Assembly (NCBI GenBank): GCA_946965045.2
Contig: OX337238.1
Span: forward strand, 1 to 64,000
DNA: 64,000 bases
From: Epithemia pelagica
Lineage: Eukaryota > Protista > Bacillariophyta
Direction of reading: 5' to 3'
Shown here: positions 22,801-32,220 of the stretch, piece after piece
How positions within the stretch are numbered: the first letter of the stretch is position 1
Layout of the letters: the number at the start of each line of letters is the position of its first letter
Program-made: the position numbers and the translations under genes
Notes under the pieces: generated by a model
Told to the model about the DNA's origin: nothing
Database searches by the model: none
The model's input: the letters and a program-made list of their open reading frames with translations, nothing else

Positions 22801-24054
22801 ACTTGGACACCTTGATGCTGTCTTTTCATTGTGTTCCATAAAGCGATACCACCCAACCAGCCTCGACTACGAGAGGCTCGCAAAACAAATTAAACAATCC
22901 TCATATATGTGGCGAGCTCTTGGTTTGAGTATCACACCAAAGTTTCATTTTGTGGAGGATCATCTGCTTGCTTCTGTTAGATACTACAAATGAGTAGGAG
23001 ACTTCACAGAAGAGCAAGGCGAGAGAGTTCATCAGACTGGTTTGCAAGCTGAGGCACGGACAAAATCTCTCAATCATCAGTCAGCAAGCCTCTCCCACAT
23101 TGTAGATGAAACCATTTCAAAGCTTCCGCAAGTGAGAGCCCAAGTGGCAAAGGTACAAGAAAGAAAGCGTCAGAATAGAAAGGAGGATATGCGGAGGGAT
23201 GAGAATAGTCGGCAAAAGAAATTGAAACGAGACGATGATCGCAATGATCTGCTCTCTTTACCTCTCCGAACTGACCCTTTTCCTTGCTTAAAATCAATCC
23301 GAATTGATACAATAAAAACCAGATAGTCATGAAAGATACTAATAAACCATCATTAATTGCTGCTTGTTTTTGCTTTGTACTTGTGTGTTGATTACGAGTC
23401 ACCACCAAAAATAAAGACAAAAGCATGTTGCTCTTCCAAAATACTCCTGGTTGTTGCTGTAATGTTCTCATACAGTCAATGGACCTCATTGATCCGGCAG
23501 TAGCCTGGTGGAGTGTCGGTCACTTTATACAGGCAAACGTTGTTTCGTTGGGTGACGGTCAATCGTATTGCTGCCAGAAAGATTCTTGGAGACCATTCAA
23601 GTGGAACAGAAACAATGGCTTCGTGGACTGGTTGGTCTGAATTTGCAGACCAAAATGACACTTTCATTGTACTTTCCATTGATCGATCGTCTTGATTTAC
23701 ATGGGCAGAGCAGTGAATTGCTCGAACAGAAATAGAAACAAAATGAGAGTGGACGGATGGAAAGAGGTTGCTCTCTGAGACAAGGAATAGACCAATTTCT
23801 GTCGGGAAACTCGTAACAGCACACTGGCGGGTAGCAGGAGGAGGCATGACAGAGGTATGATTGTGTAAAGGTTGATCAAACTGCTGCCATGGTCTTCTTG
23901 TTTTGTTTTCAATATGGCTATGAGGTTGGTGAATTGCTGGGATTGAGCGTAGGAGCTCAGTTTTCGAGGGGGATACGTGCTACTTAAAGGCTACTCGTAC
24001 TAAAGAGCAACTCCTATGTGAGACCACTCGTACACACGCAACGCTCGGAATGTG
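19825..24054 (+). mobile_element. 4,230-bp Chapaev/RAG1-like DNA transposon; 10-bp TIR CAC(G/A)TTCCGA; 3-bp TSD ATA
   Basis: Left ATA|CACGTTCCGA (19822-19834), right TCGGAATGTG|ATA (24045-24057); empty site GATCGCACATAGACT in the paralogous copy near 30908-30922. Confidence 0.93.
20135..23326 (+). pseudogene. Chapaev/Transib/RAG1-type DDE transposase with one in-frame TGA (22991-22993)
   Basis: SCDHGQG (D1), SGDGS..G....CWCWYC (D2 + CxxC), PPILHLLLGLGN, YHGGDLQGN, ITPKFHFVEDH, then *VGDFTEEQGERVHQ in the same frame to 23326. Confidence 0.9.
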
Positions 24055-24164
24055 ATAGACTATTCAATGACACATTACAAGTCTCTCCCAGAATCTTTGC
24101 CGTAGCACTCACAACTTTTAAGTGGCAAACATGACAACAAGTACAACAGCTACATTGATGTAAT

Positions 24165-24504
24165 GGATCCAGAAAAAGTCTCGTCTAATAGGACGCACGT
24201 CCTTTCATGCTTGGGTTCATGGACTCCGAAACCATGGGCTTTGGGAATCTCGAAACGACGATACTCTAGTAGAGAGAGTGGCGAGCCATTGGTGTCGTTG
24301 CAGTTTTGTGGCGGTGGTGTAATAGGATACGCATCGGAAGGACTGTCCCCCGCCCGCGGTCGTGGAGGGAGGGTTGGTGCGGACAAACCAATCGCGATCT
24401 CATGCGGCATATCCACGGTTCCCATGCCACATGTGGCACAGTTCCGGAATGGTCCTTGCCTTGAATACCACATTGCGAATTCGCGGTCGCACATTCCGAG
24501 TTCC
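24165..24504. mobile_element. 340-bp MITE-like insertion (copy 1), GGA..TCC ends, AT (or ATG) TSD
   Basis: Absent from the paralogous site at 18621-18635 (ATATAATGTCGAGG); filled site reads TAAT|GGATCC...GAGTTCC|ATGTCGAGG. Confidence 0.8.
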
Positions 24505-24539
24505 ATGTCGAGGTGATACGGCGGGAGACATATATATCA

Positions 24540-24660
24540 GCATCTAGTAGGAACCCCATTCTTCCTTTTGAAAGGGATTGGTATGCGGCTCACAGAGTCG
24601 ACCAAAGCACCACGAAAAAAGGACAAGGTCCGACTGCCAGGCTTGTTCTTTCAGTCATGC
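24540..24660 (-). pseudogene. Internally deleted kelch relic 1
   Basis: LKEQAWQSDLVLF is joined directly to SWCFGRLCE..KEEWGS; the propeller is gone and there is no in-frame ATG. Confidence 0.8.
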
Positions 24661-24724
24661 TCCTGGTTCCTTCACTGTCTGTAGGAACCAGAAGCATGAC
24701 ACTGAAAGAACAAGCAGGGCAGTC
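24632..24724. ncRNA. Fold-back hairpin of kelch 5' coding sequence (candidate small-RNA precursor, copy 1)
   Basis: Arms of about 40 bp (24632-24671 and 24683-24724) with an 11-nt loop; expression unknown. Confidence 0.4.
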
Positions 24725-25405
24725 CGAGACTCAAAGTCCAACAACATGATGACTGTGGGTTTCGTTCTGGCATCCAGTGTGGCAATGGTGCCATTCGGTC
24801 CTTGGCCTTTGTTTTCCTGATTCGGTCGTCTTGATCGTCTTGGTCTCTGGGGTTGAAAGTTGAAAGCGCGCATGTGATCACAAGAGGCCAGGAGCCAATA
24901 GCAAGCAAGAACAATGATATCGTACAGTGAACCAACAAGGTCATTGACCATGTTCTCACTCAAGTACCTTCTTTCTCTCCCTGCATGGATTGATATCACA
25001 CACACGTCACACTCTACGTTCCTCTTTTTCATCCTCCTTCATACGACGAGGCACACACATATCATAGTTCACCAAAATTTGGAACGCCCAACGTGTTGTA
25101 TTTTTGGCGACCAACGGTCCGTTGTGGCGCTGCCTCCTCATCGTTGTCTTGTCGATTGAGAGAGAGAATGTGGGAAAAAGGTATCTTGTGGTGTGTGCTC
25201 TGCCAGTGCCATTTGCCAGTGCCATCTGTTGAGTGTGCAACGTGTGTGCGGGGTGCTTTGGCATCTTAACAAGTTCAACGTGAGATATACGCCTCATCGT
25301 TGATAATCATAGAGTTTCAATGAGAATTTAGCTTCATCTTTTAGTATTTTCGCTTGGGAGTATCGGTGAGTTCGAAGAGTTGTTCCATGGACGTCCTGTC
25401 AGACA

Positions 25406-26152
25406 ATGTCATTTCCCTTTTTCCAAAAACGCATTGTTGGAATTGTTGGAATTGAACGACCGAGACTGCCGCAAAGTATTGTCCATTGTCAACCAAGAAA
25501 AGGCGCGTATTTTGGTTTTTTTGCTCCTACTGAAACTCGTAGAGTGGTACTCTTTTGTAGTACTGACAACGCCATACTCGTGGGTCCATTGTCCATGTCC
25601 TTTTTTGTGGTCTCTTCCTCCCCGTTGTTGGACCAGGACAAGGACAACGAGGAAGGTTCTGCTACTAGCAATACTACTACTGATAGAAGTGATAGCCACG
25701 GCGACTTGCTGCTTCCTTGCTCGTCCGCCGCCGACGTTTGGTTCATGAGGACGACGGAACAAGTGTTGTCCGCAGCCTCTTGTTGTGGCACCACCAATAC
25801 AACAACAATATCGGAAGTTCCTCCCACCACCACAAACAGCACCCAACGTCTCGTACCTGCTGCTGTCAGCCAAAAGACGGTTGGTGGTGGTGGTGTTTTC
25901 GTGGACGAGGACGACGACGCTTCGACAGCAACGAGTTACAGTCGTCGCAGTGTCACTTCCACGACATCGTCCCTGTCGGCCAGTACCAACCAAAGCAGCC
26001 ACCAGAACAAAAACAGTCGCCAAGGGTCGTTGAGTGGTGGCCCCAATAATCCCCAACGCCGCAACACAGAAATCGAATGCAAGGACGACACGGAGCTTGG
26101 TGGTGGTGGTTGTGAGATTGTGCCAACGCTGCTGCAAGAGAACAAACTATGA
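25406..26152 (+). pseudogene. Truncated duplicate of the RAB3GAP1 5' low-complexity region
   Basis: Near-identical to the first 220 or so codons of ORF 33443; homology stops at 26064 (GGPNNPQRR). Confidence 0.85.
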
Positions 26153-27432
26153 AAGCGAGTAGGATCCAAACGAGAAAGATCCTCCGCGTTGTTGGTGGCG
26201 CTCGCACCCCAAAGATGCGGATCAGGTTGCGGATCATCTCCGATACCGATTCCTTCCCGAAAATGATGCCATCTGTTAAGGTGCTGCTCACAAAGTCGGC
26301 GAAAACACCACGTATTCTTGTCCATTAGTGGTAATGTTACACAGGAAGACTCGTACCATCCGCCGATCACGGCAACTTGATTGAGAACAGTCACCATATT
26401 GCAGCCATTGTAGTCATTTCCGAATGGTGGGAGATTCCACACGCGGTTGTGGTGCGTATCCAAGACTTCCACCGTTGAATTGCTCCATCCTCCAGCCTCC
26501 ACCAGACAAGAACCCATGGCAACCACTGCACAAGAACTTCGTGCATTGGAAAGGACCAGATCAGAGTGAGTCATCCAAGGGGACGAGAAAGAACTCAATG
26601 TCAAGCCTATCTGCTTCTTTGTCTCTTCATTGTCACCAGGCTTTGAAAATTCCAAGTACTCCACCGACTTAAGATCGTTTTCGCCTCCAACAACAAAGAT
26701 GCGGTGGCCAATGACCACACTGGCACAGGATGCTCGTGGAAAAGTCATCGATGGTCCAGCAGTGACAATATGATTGCTTGTATCAATAATATCCACGGAC
26801 GACAAATAGCGACTGTTGAAGCCACCTATCACAACAATATATCGGTTGTGGACCGCAACAGCACAACATCGTGATCGTCTAGTTGATAATCGACATGTCA
26901 ATGTCGTCCAGTTCCTCTCATGTGCGGAGCTTGATGTCGAAGATGATTGTAGGATTTCATCGGCATCGATTCGTTCGATACAATCGAAAGATTCTGGTTC
27001 TTCATTGAATCCTCCCATCACATAGACGCCTCCGTTGCACCCAACAGCGGCATGTCCTCGACGACTCTTGTTCATTGATGGCCCTTCTCGCCAGTACTTG
27101 TCCGGCGCTGCCACGTTCAATACAAGAATGGAATCGAGACTGCCCTGACCTGCTTGATATCCACCCAACACGACGACGGTTTGTCTCTTGTTGTTGTTGT
27201 TGTTGTTGTCGTTGCCGTCCGTATCGGGGTGATCAAGTACGACCGAAGTATGACCTGCACGCCATCCACCCACAAGTGGAGGCCAGTCATTTAGATTCCA
27301 CTCTGGTGTCTCGTCCGATAAGACAAGGCCCGACTGCCATGCTTGTTCTTTCAGTAACGTTGTCATGGTACAGCGCTTTACTAATACGTTGACAAGAAAT
27401 GGCAGCACGAGAGAAAGTATTTTTGAGAGCAA
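25936..27432 (-). CDS. Kelch-only protein (kelch 2, 498 aa) with chimeric C-terminus
   Basis: Six kelch blades and the family N-terminus LKEQAWQSGLVL; likely start MTTLLKEQ; the last about 40 codons read antisense through the RAB3GAP1 duplicate. Confidence 0.85.
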   Translation of the reverse strand: MLSKILSLVLPFLVNVLVKRCTMTTLLKEQAWQSGLVLSDETPEWNLNDWPPLVGGWRAGHTSVVLDHPDTDGNDNNNNNNKRQTVVVLGGYQAGQGSLDSILVLNVAAPDKYWREGPSMNKSRRGHAAVGCNGGVYVMGGFNEEPESFDCIERIDADEILQSSSTSSSAHERNWTTLTCRLSTRRSRCCAVAVHNRYIVVIGGFNSRYLSSVDIIDTSNHIVTAGPSMTFPRASCASVVIGHRIFVVGGENDLKSVEYLEFSKPGDNEETKKQIGLTLSSFSSPWMTHSDLVLSNARSSCAVVAMGSCLVEAGGWSNSTVEVLDTHHNRVWNLPPFGNDYNGCNMVTVLNQVAVIGGWYESSCVTLPLMDKNTWCFRRLCEQHLNRWHHFREGIGIGDDPQPDPHLWGASATNNAEDLSRLDPTRFHSLFSCSSVGTISQPPPPSSVSSLHSISVLRRWGLLGPPLNDPWRLFLFWWLLWLVLADRDDVVEVTLRRL

Positions 27433-27990
27433 CGCGTGGAAGCGCTTTGCTTTTTTTGCGTGGAGACCGTAAGGTGTGCCTGTCCTGCGTACGATGGTGA
27501 AGGGAAATCAATCGCACATAGATTTCATGACATGCCCCAAAAAGTATCTTTTGGTCGACGACGAAAGGGAGAGAGTGACAGCATTTGTGATGAAGAGGTC
27601 CTTTTGTATGATGAATAGGTCCACAGATTGACAATCCCTAATTTCCACACAATTCTTCCCTTGGTCCTATACAGTCTGTTCACAACGACAACAACTTCAA
27701 CAGAGAGATGTTGCAAGAGAGTGGTCTTCTTGCCTTCTTGATCCAATGATTCGAATGGGCATCACTCATCGGGTATAGTGAAAGAAGCAAGGCCACAAGT
27801 ACAATCACACAGAGACGACAATCTGACGACCTGATTGACCAGAAGGAACATGCCATTCATCCCATTGTGACTCGCTTCCCGTGTTGCATTAGCTCGCACC
27901 AGACGCCTGCATTCGGCTTTCGAGAATGTCACGTGGATGTGGTTGGACCGCAAAGGTTGGTCTCCTATGTCAGTATTGATACCGACTCCA

Positions 27991-28263
27991 TCAATCATGG
28001 TCTTTTTGGGAGAGCCAAATCCGTCTCGTGCCGTCTGCGCCGGTTGTCAGTAATGCTCGCGCATGCGGTTCAATTATTGTGAAAGACGGCCGCATATCGC
28101 ACGGGCTCAAGGGCCTCCGTTCGCGACGGTGGGAGTCAGGACCGGTGCTACATTTGCCAATGGGTGAACTTGTCGTCTCGATTGAAAACCACAAGAGTTC
28201 AAGGAACAAAAGGTAGACCAGCGGAGTCGTCGTTTGGATCCACCTGGGGTCGAGAACGTACAA
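27991..28263 (-). pseudogene. Possible WD40 fragment
   Basis: ALLTTGADGTRRIW resembles a single WD40 blade; no intact gene seen. Confidence 0.25.
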
Positions 28264-29599
28264 GAGTTTTATGTGTCAGAGATTCCGGCAAAAGGACCTA
28301 CAGCCAAAATAGAGCCAAACTTGATGAGGATTTCACGACAAATAAGAGAAGCCAGACTTGACAATCAATCAACATTCCTGTCCTGCTCGTGGCAAGGTTT
28401 TGTTCGGGGAGTTTGTCATATAGCCCCTCTTGTGCTTGTTGTCGCTTCTTGCTGATTCTGCCGATTAGCTCGAGGTACAAAGATTGTCGTGGTGGAGTGG
28501 TGTAACCAATAACAAAACCAAAGTATAGAAGCAGCAACCATCCATGCTCGATTTCCACCACGAAGAACCATCAGAAGTGGACAACAGTGACAACAAGAAT
28601 CGCCTTGATCCATCCAAACAACACCAACTATACGAATCGTCTATCTCTTTCATCAAGGATGACGACAAGAAGTGAAAAATCACAATTCCTGATCCACCAA
28701 CAGCAGCCAAACACCAACAACAAGAACAATCGTCTCTTGCACAACAGGTCGATCGATGCATCACCATCAAATGACGACTTCCAAAACAGTTGCCTTGTTG
28801 GAACAAGGTTCGCCAGAAGCATAGTCTTGGGAATCCTAGCACCAGCAATATTTGTACCGCGTCGACGGATTGGTTGCTCCACAACGACAGTGACACCAAG
28901 ACAGGGGAATCGACGATGACCCACGATAAACCTGTCCTGCCTGCAACAGGGGAAGTACTTTGCACTGCTGCGTTCGCAATGGAAACTAAACGAAGACAAA
29001 CTGTGTTGGCTATCGAATCCAGCCATTTCTACCAATCCATGGCCCCACCGACTGCGTCCCACAACTATCAGGTCATGGTCAAAACGTCACTTGTTCTTTA
29101 TATGCCATCACTTGAAGAGACACATTTCAGGTTGCTCTTTTTTGTCCAAAAGATGCAACGAGGCCATGAAAGACCGCCATCTTCCGTTGAAAGATGATTC
29201 CTTCGGATCAAGGCCAGAGAGTTTTCAACAGTAGAGAGAGGGAACGGAACCATGGCCATCCACCCAAAAGTGGTTGCCAGATGTCCGCAGGTTTGCAGCG
29301 GACAGCAGTGCCATGGCCGACGCTGTAACATCTCATTATATAGTACACGGATAGCTGATCATGGTGCATGGATCCGACCAAACTAGGAGTTGCTCTTTGA
29401 AAGCGGTCTAGAGTTATGTCTTTGTCGACGGTACAAGCCACTCCGTATAGGTACAGTGATTAAAAGCTTTTCATTAACCTGTATGATTGACAACGTATCT
29501 AAGGATGGACACTAAGGATGGACACGATCTCCTTTTTTGTACGAGAGTATAATGGCCATGATATAGTTTTTGGCCGTACATTTCCAGTTCCATCCTCCA

Positions 29600-30820
29600 T
29601 CATGTATTGGTTTTCAATCGCTTAAGAATGGATGTCGAGATGGTCCAGGATGTTACATTGACATCTCCGTTACCCTTACCCGATCTTTCTTGACAATGAT
29701 ACGATCTGTTGGGCTGCTGCTCACAGAGTCGTCGGAAACACCACGAAATCCTATCCAGTAGTGGTAATGTTGCACATGAAGGATTGCGATATCCACCAAT
29801 CACGGCAACGTGATCGGCAACATTCACCATACTGCAACCAGTGCGGTGATTCACGAATGATGGGAGACTCCACACGCGGTTGCGGTGCGTATCCAAGACT
29901 TCCACAGTTGAATTGCGCCATCCACCCGCCACCACCAGACAAGATCCCACGGTAACCACTGCACAAGAACTTCGTGCATTGGAAAGCACCATATTAGAAT
30001 GAGCGGTCCAGTTCGACGAGAAAGAAATGAACGTCGAGCCAGTTTCCTTTTTTGTCTCATCACTGTCACATGGCCTTTCGAAGTCAAAATACTCCAGCGA
30101 GTCAAGATTGCCGTCCTCGTTACGGCCTCCAACGACAAAGATGCGGTGACCAATGACCGCACTGGTACAAAATTGTCGAGGAATAGTCATGCTTGGTCCT
30201 GCAGTGACAGAATGATTGGTGGTATCCAAAATATCCACCGACGACAAGTCTTTCCTTCCTTCGTTGTATCCACCGATTACGACAAGGTATCGGTTCTGCA
30301 CTGCCACAGCACAAAACCCATATCGCCTCGCTGATAATCGACAAGTTAATGTCGTCCAAGGGCTCTCATACAAAGGAGGATTACTGCTTGTTGTTGTTCT
30401 AGATGATTGTAGCATATCGTGGACATCAATGCGTTCGATGCAATCCAGACCTGAAAATCCATTGTTTCCTCCCATCACATATACTCCACCATTGCACACA
30501 ACAGCGGCATGTCCATAGCGTTTCTGGTTCATGGGTGGCCCTTCTCGCCACTGTTTGTTCGGTTCTGCTAGATTCAATGCAAGAACGGAGTTGACATAGC
30601 CTTGCCCTTGTTTGAATCCTCCCAACACGACGACCGTTTGTCGCCTGTTGTTGTGGTTGTGATGGTCGTCTTGATGGGGGTGATCCAGTACGACCGCAGC
30701 ATGTTCGTCACACCATCCACCCTCCAGAGGAGGCCAATCGGTTTCATTCCATTCTGAATTTTCGTCAAAAAGGACAAGGCCCGACTGCCAGGCTTGTTCT
30801 TTCAGTGTCCTGTTGCTCAT
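29600..30820 (-). CDS. Kelch-only protein (kelch 3, 406 aa)
   Basis: Six kelch blades; 5' half nearly identical to kelch 1. Confidence 0.93.
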   Translation of the reverse strand: MSNRTLKEQAWQSGLVLFDENSEWNETDWPPLEGGWCDEHAAVVLDHPHQDDHHNHNNRRQTVVVLGGFKQGQGYVNSVLALNLAEPNKQWREGPPMNQKRYGHAAVVCNGGVYVMGGNNGFSGLDCIERIDVHDMLQSSRTTTSSNPPLYESPWTTLTCRLSARRYGFCAVAVQNRYLVVIGGYNEGRKDLSSVDILDTTNHSVTAGPSMTIPRQFCTSAVIGHRIFVVGGRNEDGNLDSLEYFDFERPCDSDETKKETGSTFISFSSNWTAHSNMVLSNARSSCAVVTVGSCLVVAGGWRNSTVEVLDTHRNRVWSLPSFVNHRTGCSMVNVADHVAVIGGYRNPSCATLPLLDRISWCFRRLCEQQPNRSYHCQERSGKGNGDVNVTSWTISTSILKRLKTNT

Positions 30821-31025
30821 GGTTCATTCACTCTGTCTGTACACGAAAGAAGAACGTGAACTTTTGTGGTCCAAAAGGGGGTGTCTGTCTGTCGTAGGTC
30901 ACAAAACGATCGCACATAGACTATGCAATGACACATGACAAGTCTCTCCCAGAATCTTTGCCGTAGCACTCACAACTTCTAAGTGGCAAACATGAGAACA
31001 AGTACAACAGCTACATTGATGTAAT

Positions 31026-31364
31026 GGATCCAGAAAAAGTCTCGTCTAATAGGACGCACGTCCTTTCATGCTTGGGTTCATGGACTCCGAAACCATGGGC
31101 TTTGGGAATCTCGAAACGACGATACTCTAGTAGAGAGAGTGGCGAGCCATTGGTGTCGTTGCAGTTTTGTGGCGGTGGTGTAATAGGATACGCATCGGAA
31201 GGACTGTCCCCCGCCCGCGGTCGTGGAGGGAGGGTTGGTGCGGACAAACCAATCGCGATCTCATGCGGCATATCCACGGTTCCATGCCACATGTGGCACA
31301 GTTCCGGAATGGTCCTTCCCTTGAATACCACATGGCGAATTCGCGGTCGCACATTCCGAGTTCC
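31026..31364. mobile_element. MITE-like insertion (copy 2)
   Basis: Same position and nearly the same sequence as 24165-24504, so it was duplicated with the segment. Confidence 0.8.
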
Positions 31365-31399
31365 ATGTCGAGGTGATACGGCAGGAAAACTATATAGCA

Positions 31400-31520
31400 G
31401 CATCTAGTAGGAACCCCATTCTTCCTTCCGAACATTAGTGGTATGCGGGTCACAGAGTTTACCAAAGCGCCACGAAAAAAGGACAAGGCCCGACTGCCCT
31501 GCTTGTTCTTTCAGTCATGC
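31400..31520 (-). pseudogene. Internally deleted kelch relic 2
   Basis: Same N-terminus/C-terminus fusion as relic 1. Confidence 0.78.
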
Positions 31521-31584
31521 TCCTGGTTCCTTCACTATCTGTAGGAGCCAGAAGCATGACACTGAAAGAACAAGCAGGGCAGTC
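31492..31584. ncRNA. Fold-back hairpin of kelch 5' coding sequence (copy 2)
   Basis: 24-bp perfect stem GACTGCCCTGCTTGTTCTTTCAGT / ACTGAAAGAACAAGCAGGGCAGTC plus an inner imperfect stem and 11-nt loop. Confidence 0.4.
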
Positions 31585-32220
31585 CGAGACTCTGCCAAGT
31601 CCAACAACATGATGACTGTGGGTTTCGTTCTGGCATCCAGTGTGGCAATGGTGCCATTCGGTCCTTGGCCTTTGTTTTCCTGATCCGGTCGTCTTGATCG
31701 TCTTGGTCTCTGGGGTTGAGAAAGTTGAAAAGCGCGCATGTGATCACAGGAGGCCAGCAGCCAATAGCAAACAAGAACAATGATATCTTACAGTGAACCA
31801 ACAAGGTCATTGACCATGTTCTCACTCATGTACCTTCTTTCTCTCCCTTCATGGATTGATATCACTCACACGTCACACTCTACGTTCCTCTTTTTCATCC
31901 TCCTTCACACGACGAGGCACACACATATCATGGTTCACCAAAATTTGGAACGCCCAACGTGTTGTATTTTTGGCGAAGAACGGTCCGTTGTGGCGCTGCC
32001 TCCTCATCGTTGTCTTGTCGAGCATTGAGAGAGAGAATGTGGGAAAAAGGTATCTTGTGGTGTGTGCTCTGCCAGTGGCAGTTGCCAGTTGCCAGTGCCA
32101 GTGCCATCTGGTGAGTGTGCAACGTGTGCACAGTGCACAGTGCTTTGGCATCTTGACAAGTTCAACGTGAGATATAGGCCTCATCGGTAAGAGCCAAGTA
32201 GTTATTATTATATGTAACGT

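Larger units (their letters stand above)
24058..26064 (+). repeat. Segmental duplication, copy A (with 19230-19824); copy B = about 30275-34110
   Basis: Collinear high identity across kelch promoter, MITE, kelch relic, intergenic DNA and RAB3GAP1 5' region. Confidence 0.92.

Noticed and set aside
18667-23326. ProtoRAG-like RAG2L (kelch) + RAG1L pair
   Set aside because: The TIR and TSD at 19822-19834 lie between the genes, so kelch 1 is outside the element. The orientation is head-to-head, and the paralogous kelch 3 has the empty site.
23042-23326. Separate 94-aa gene
   Set aside because: It is in frame with the upstream transposase and is its C-terminus beyond the premature stop.
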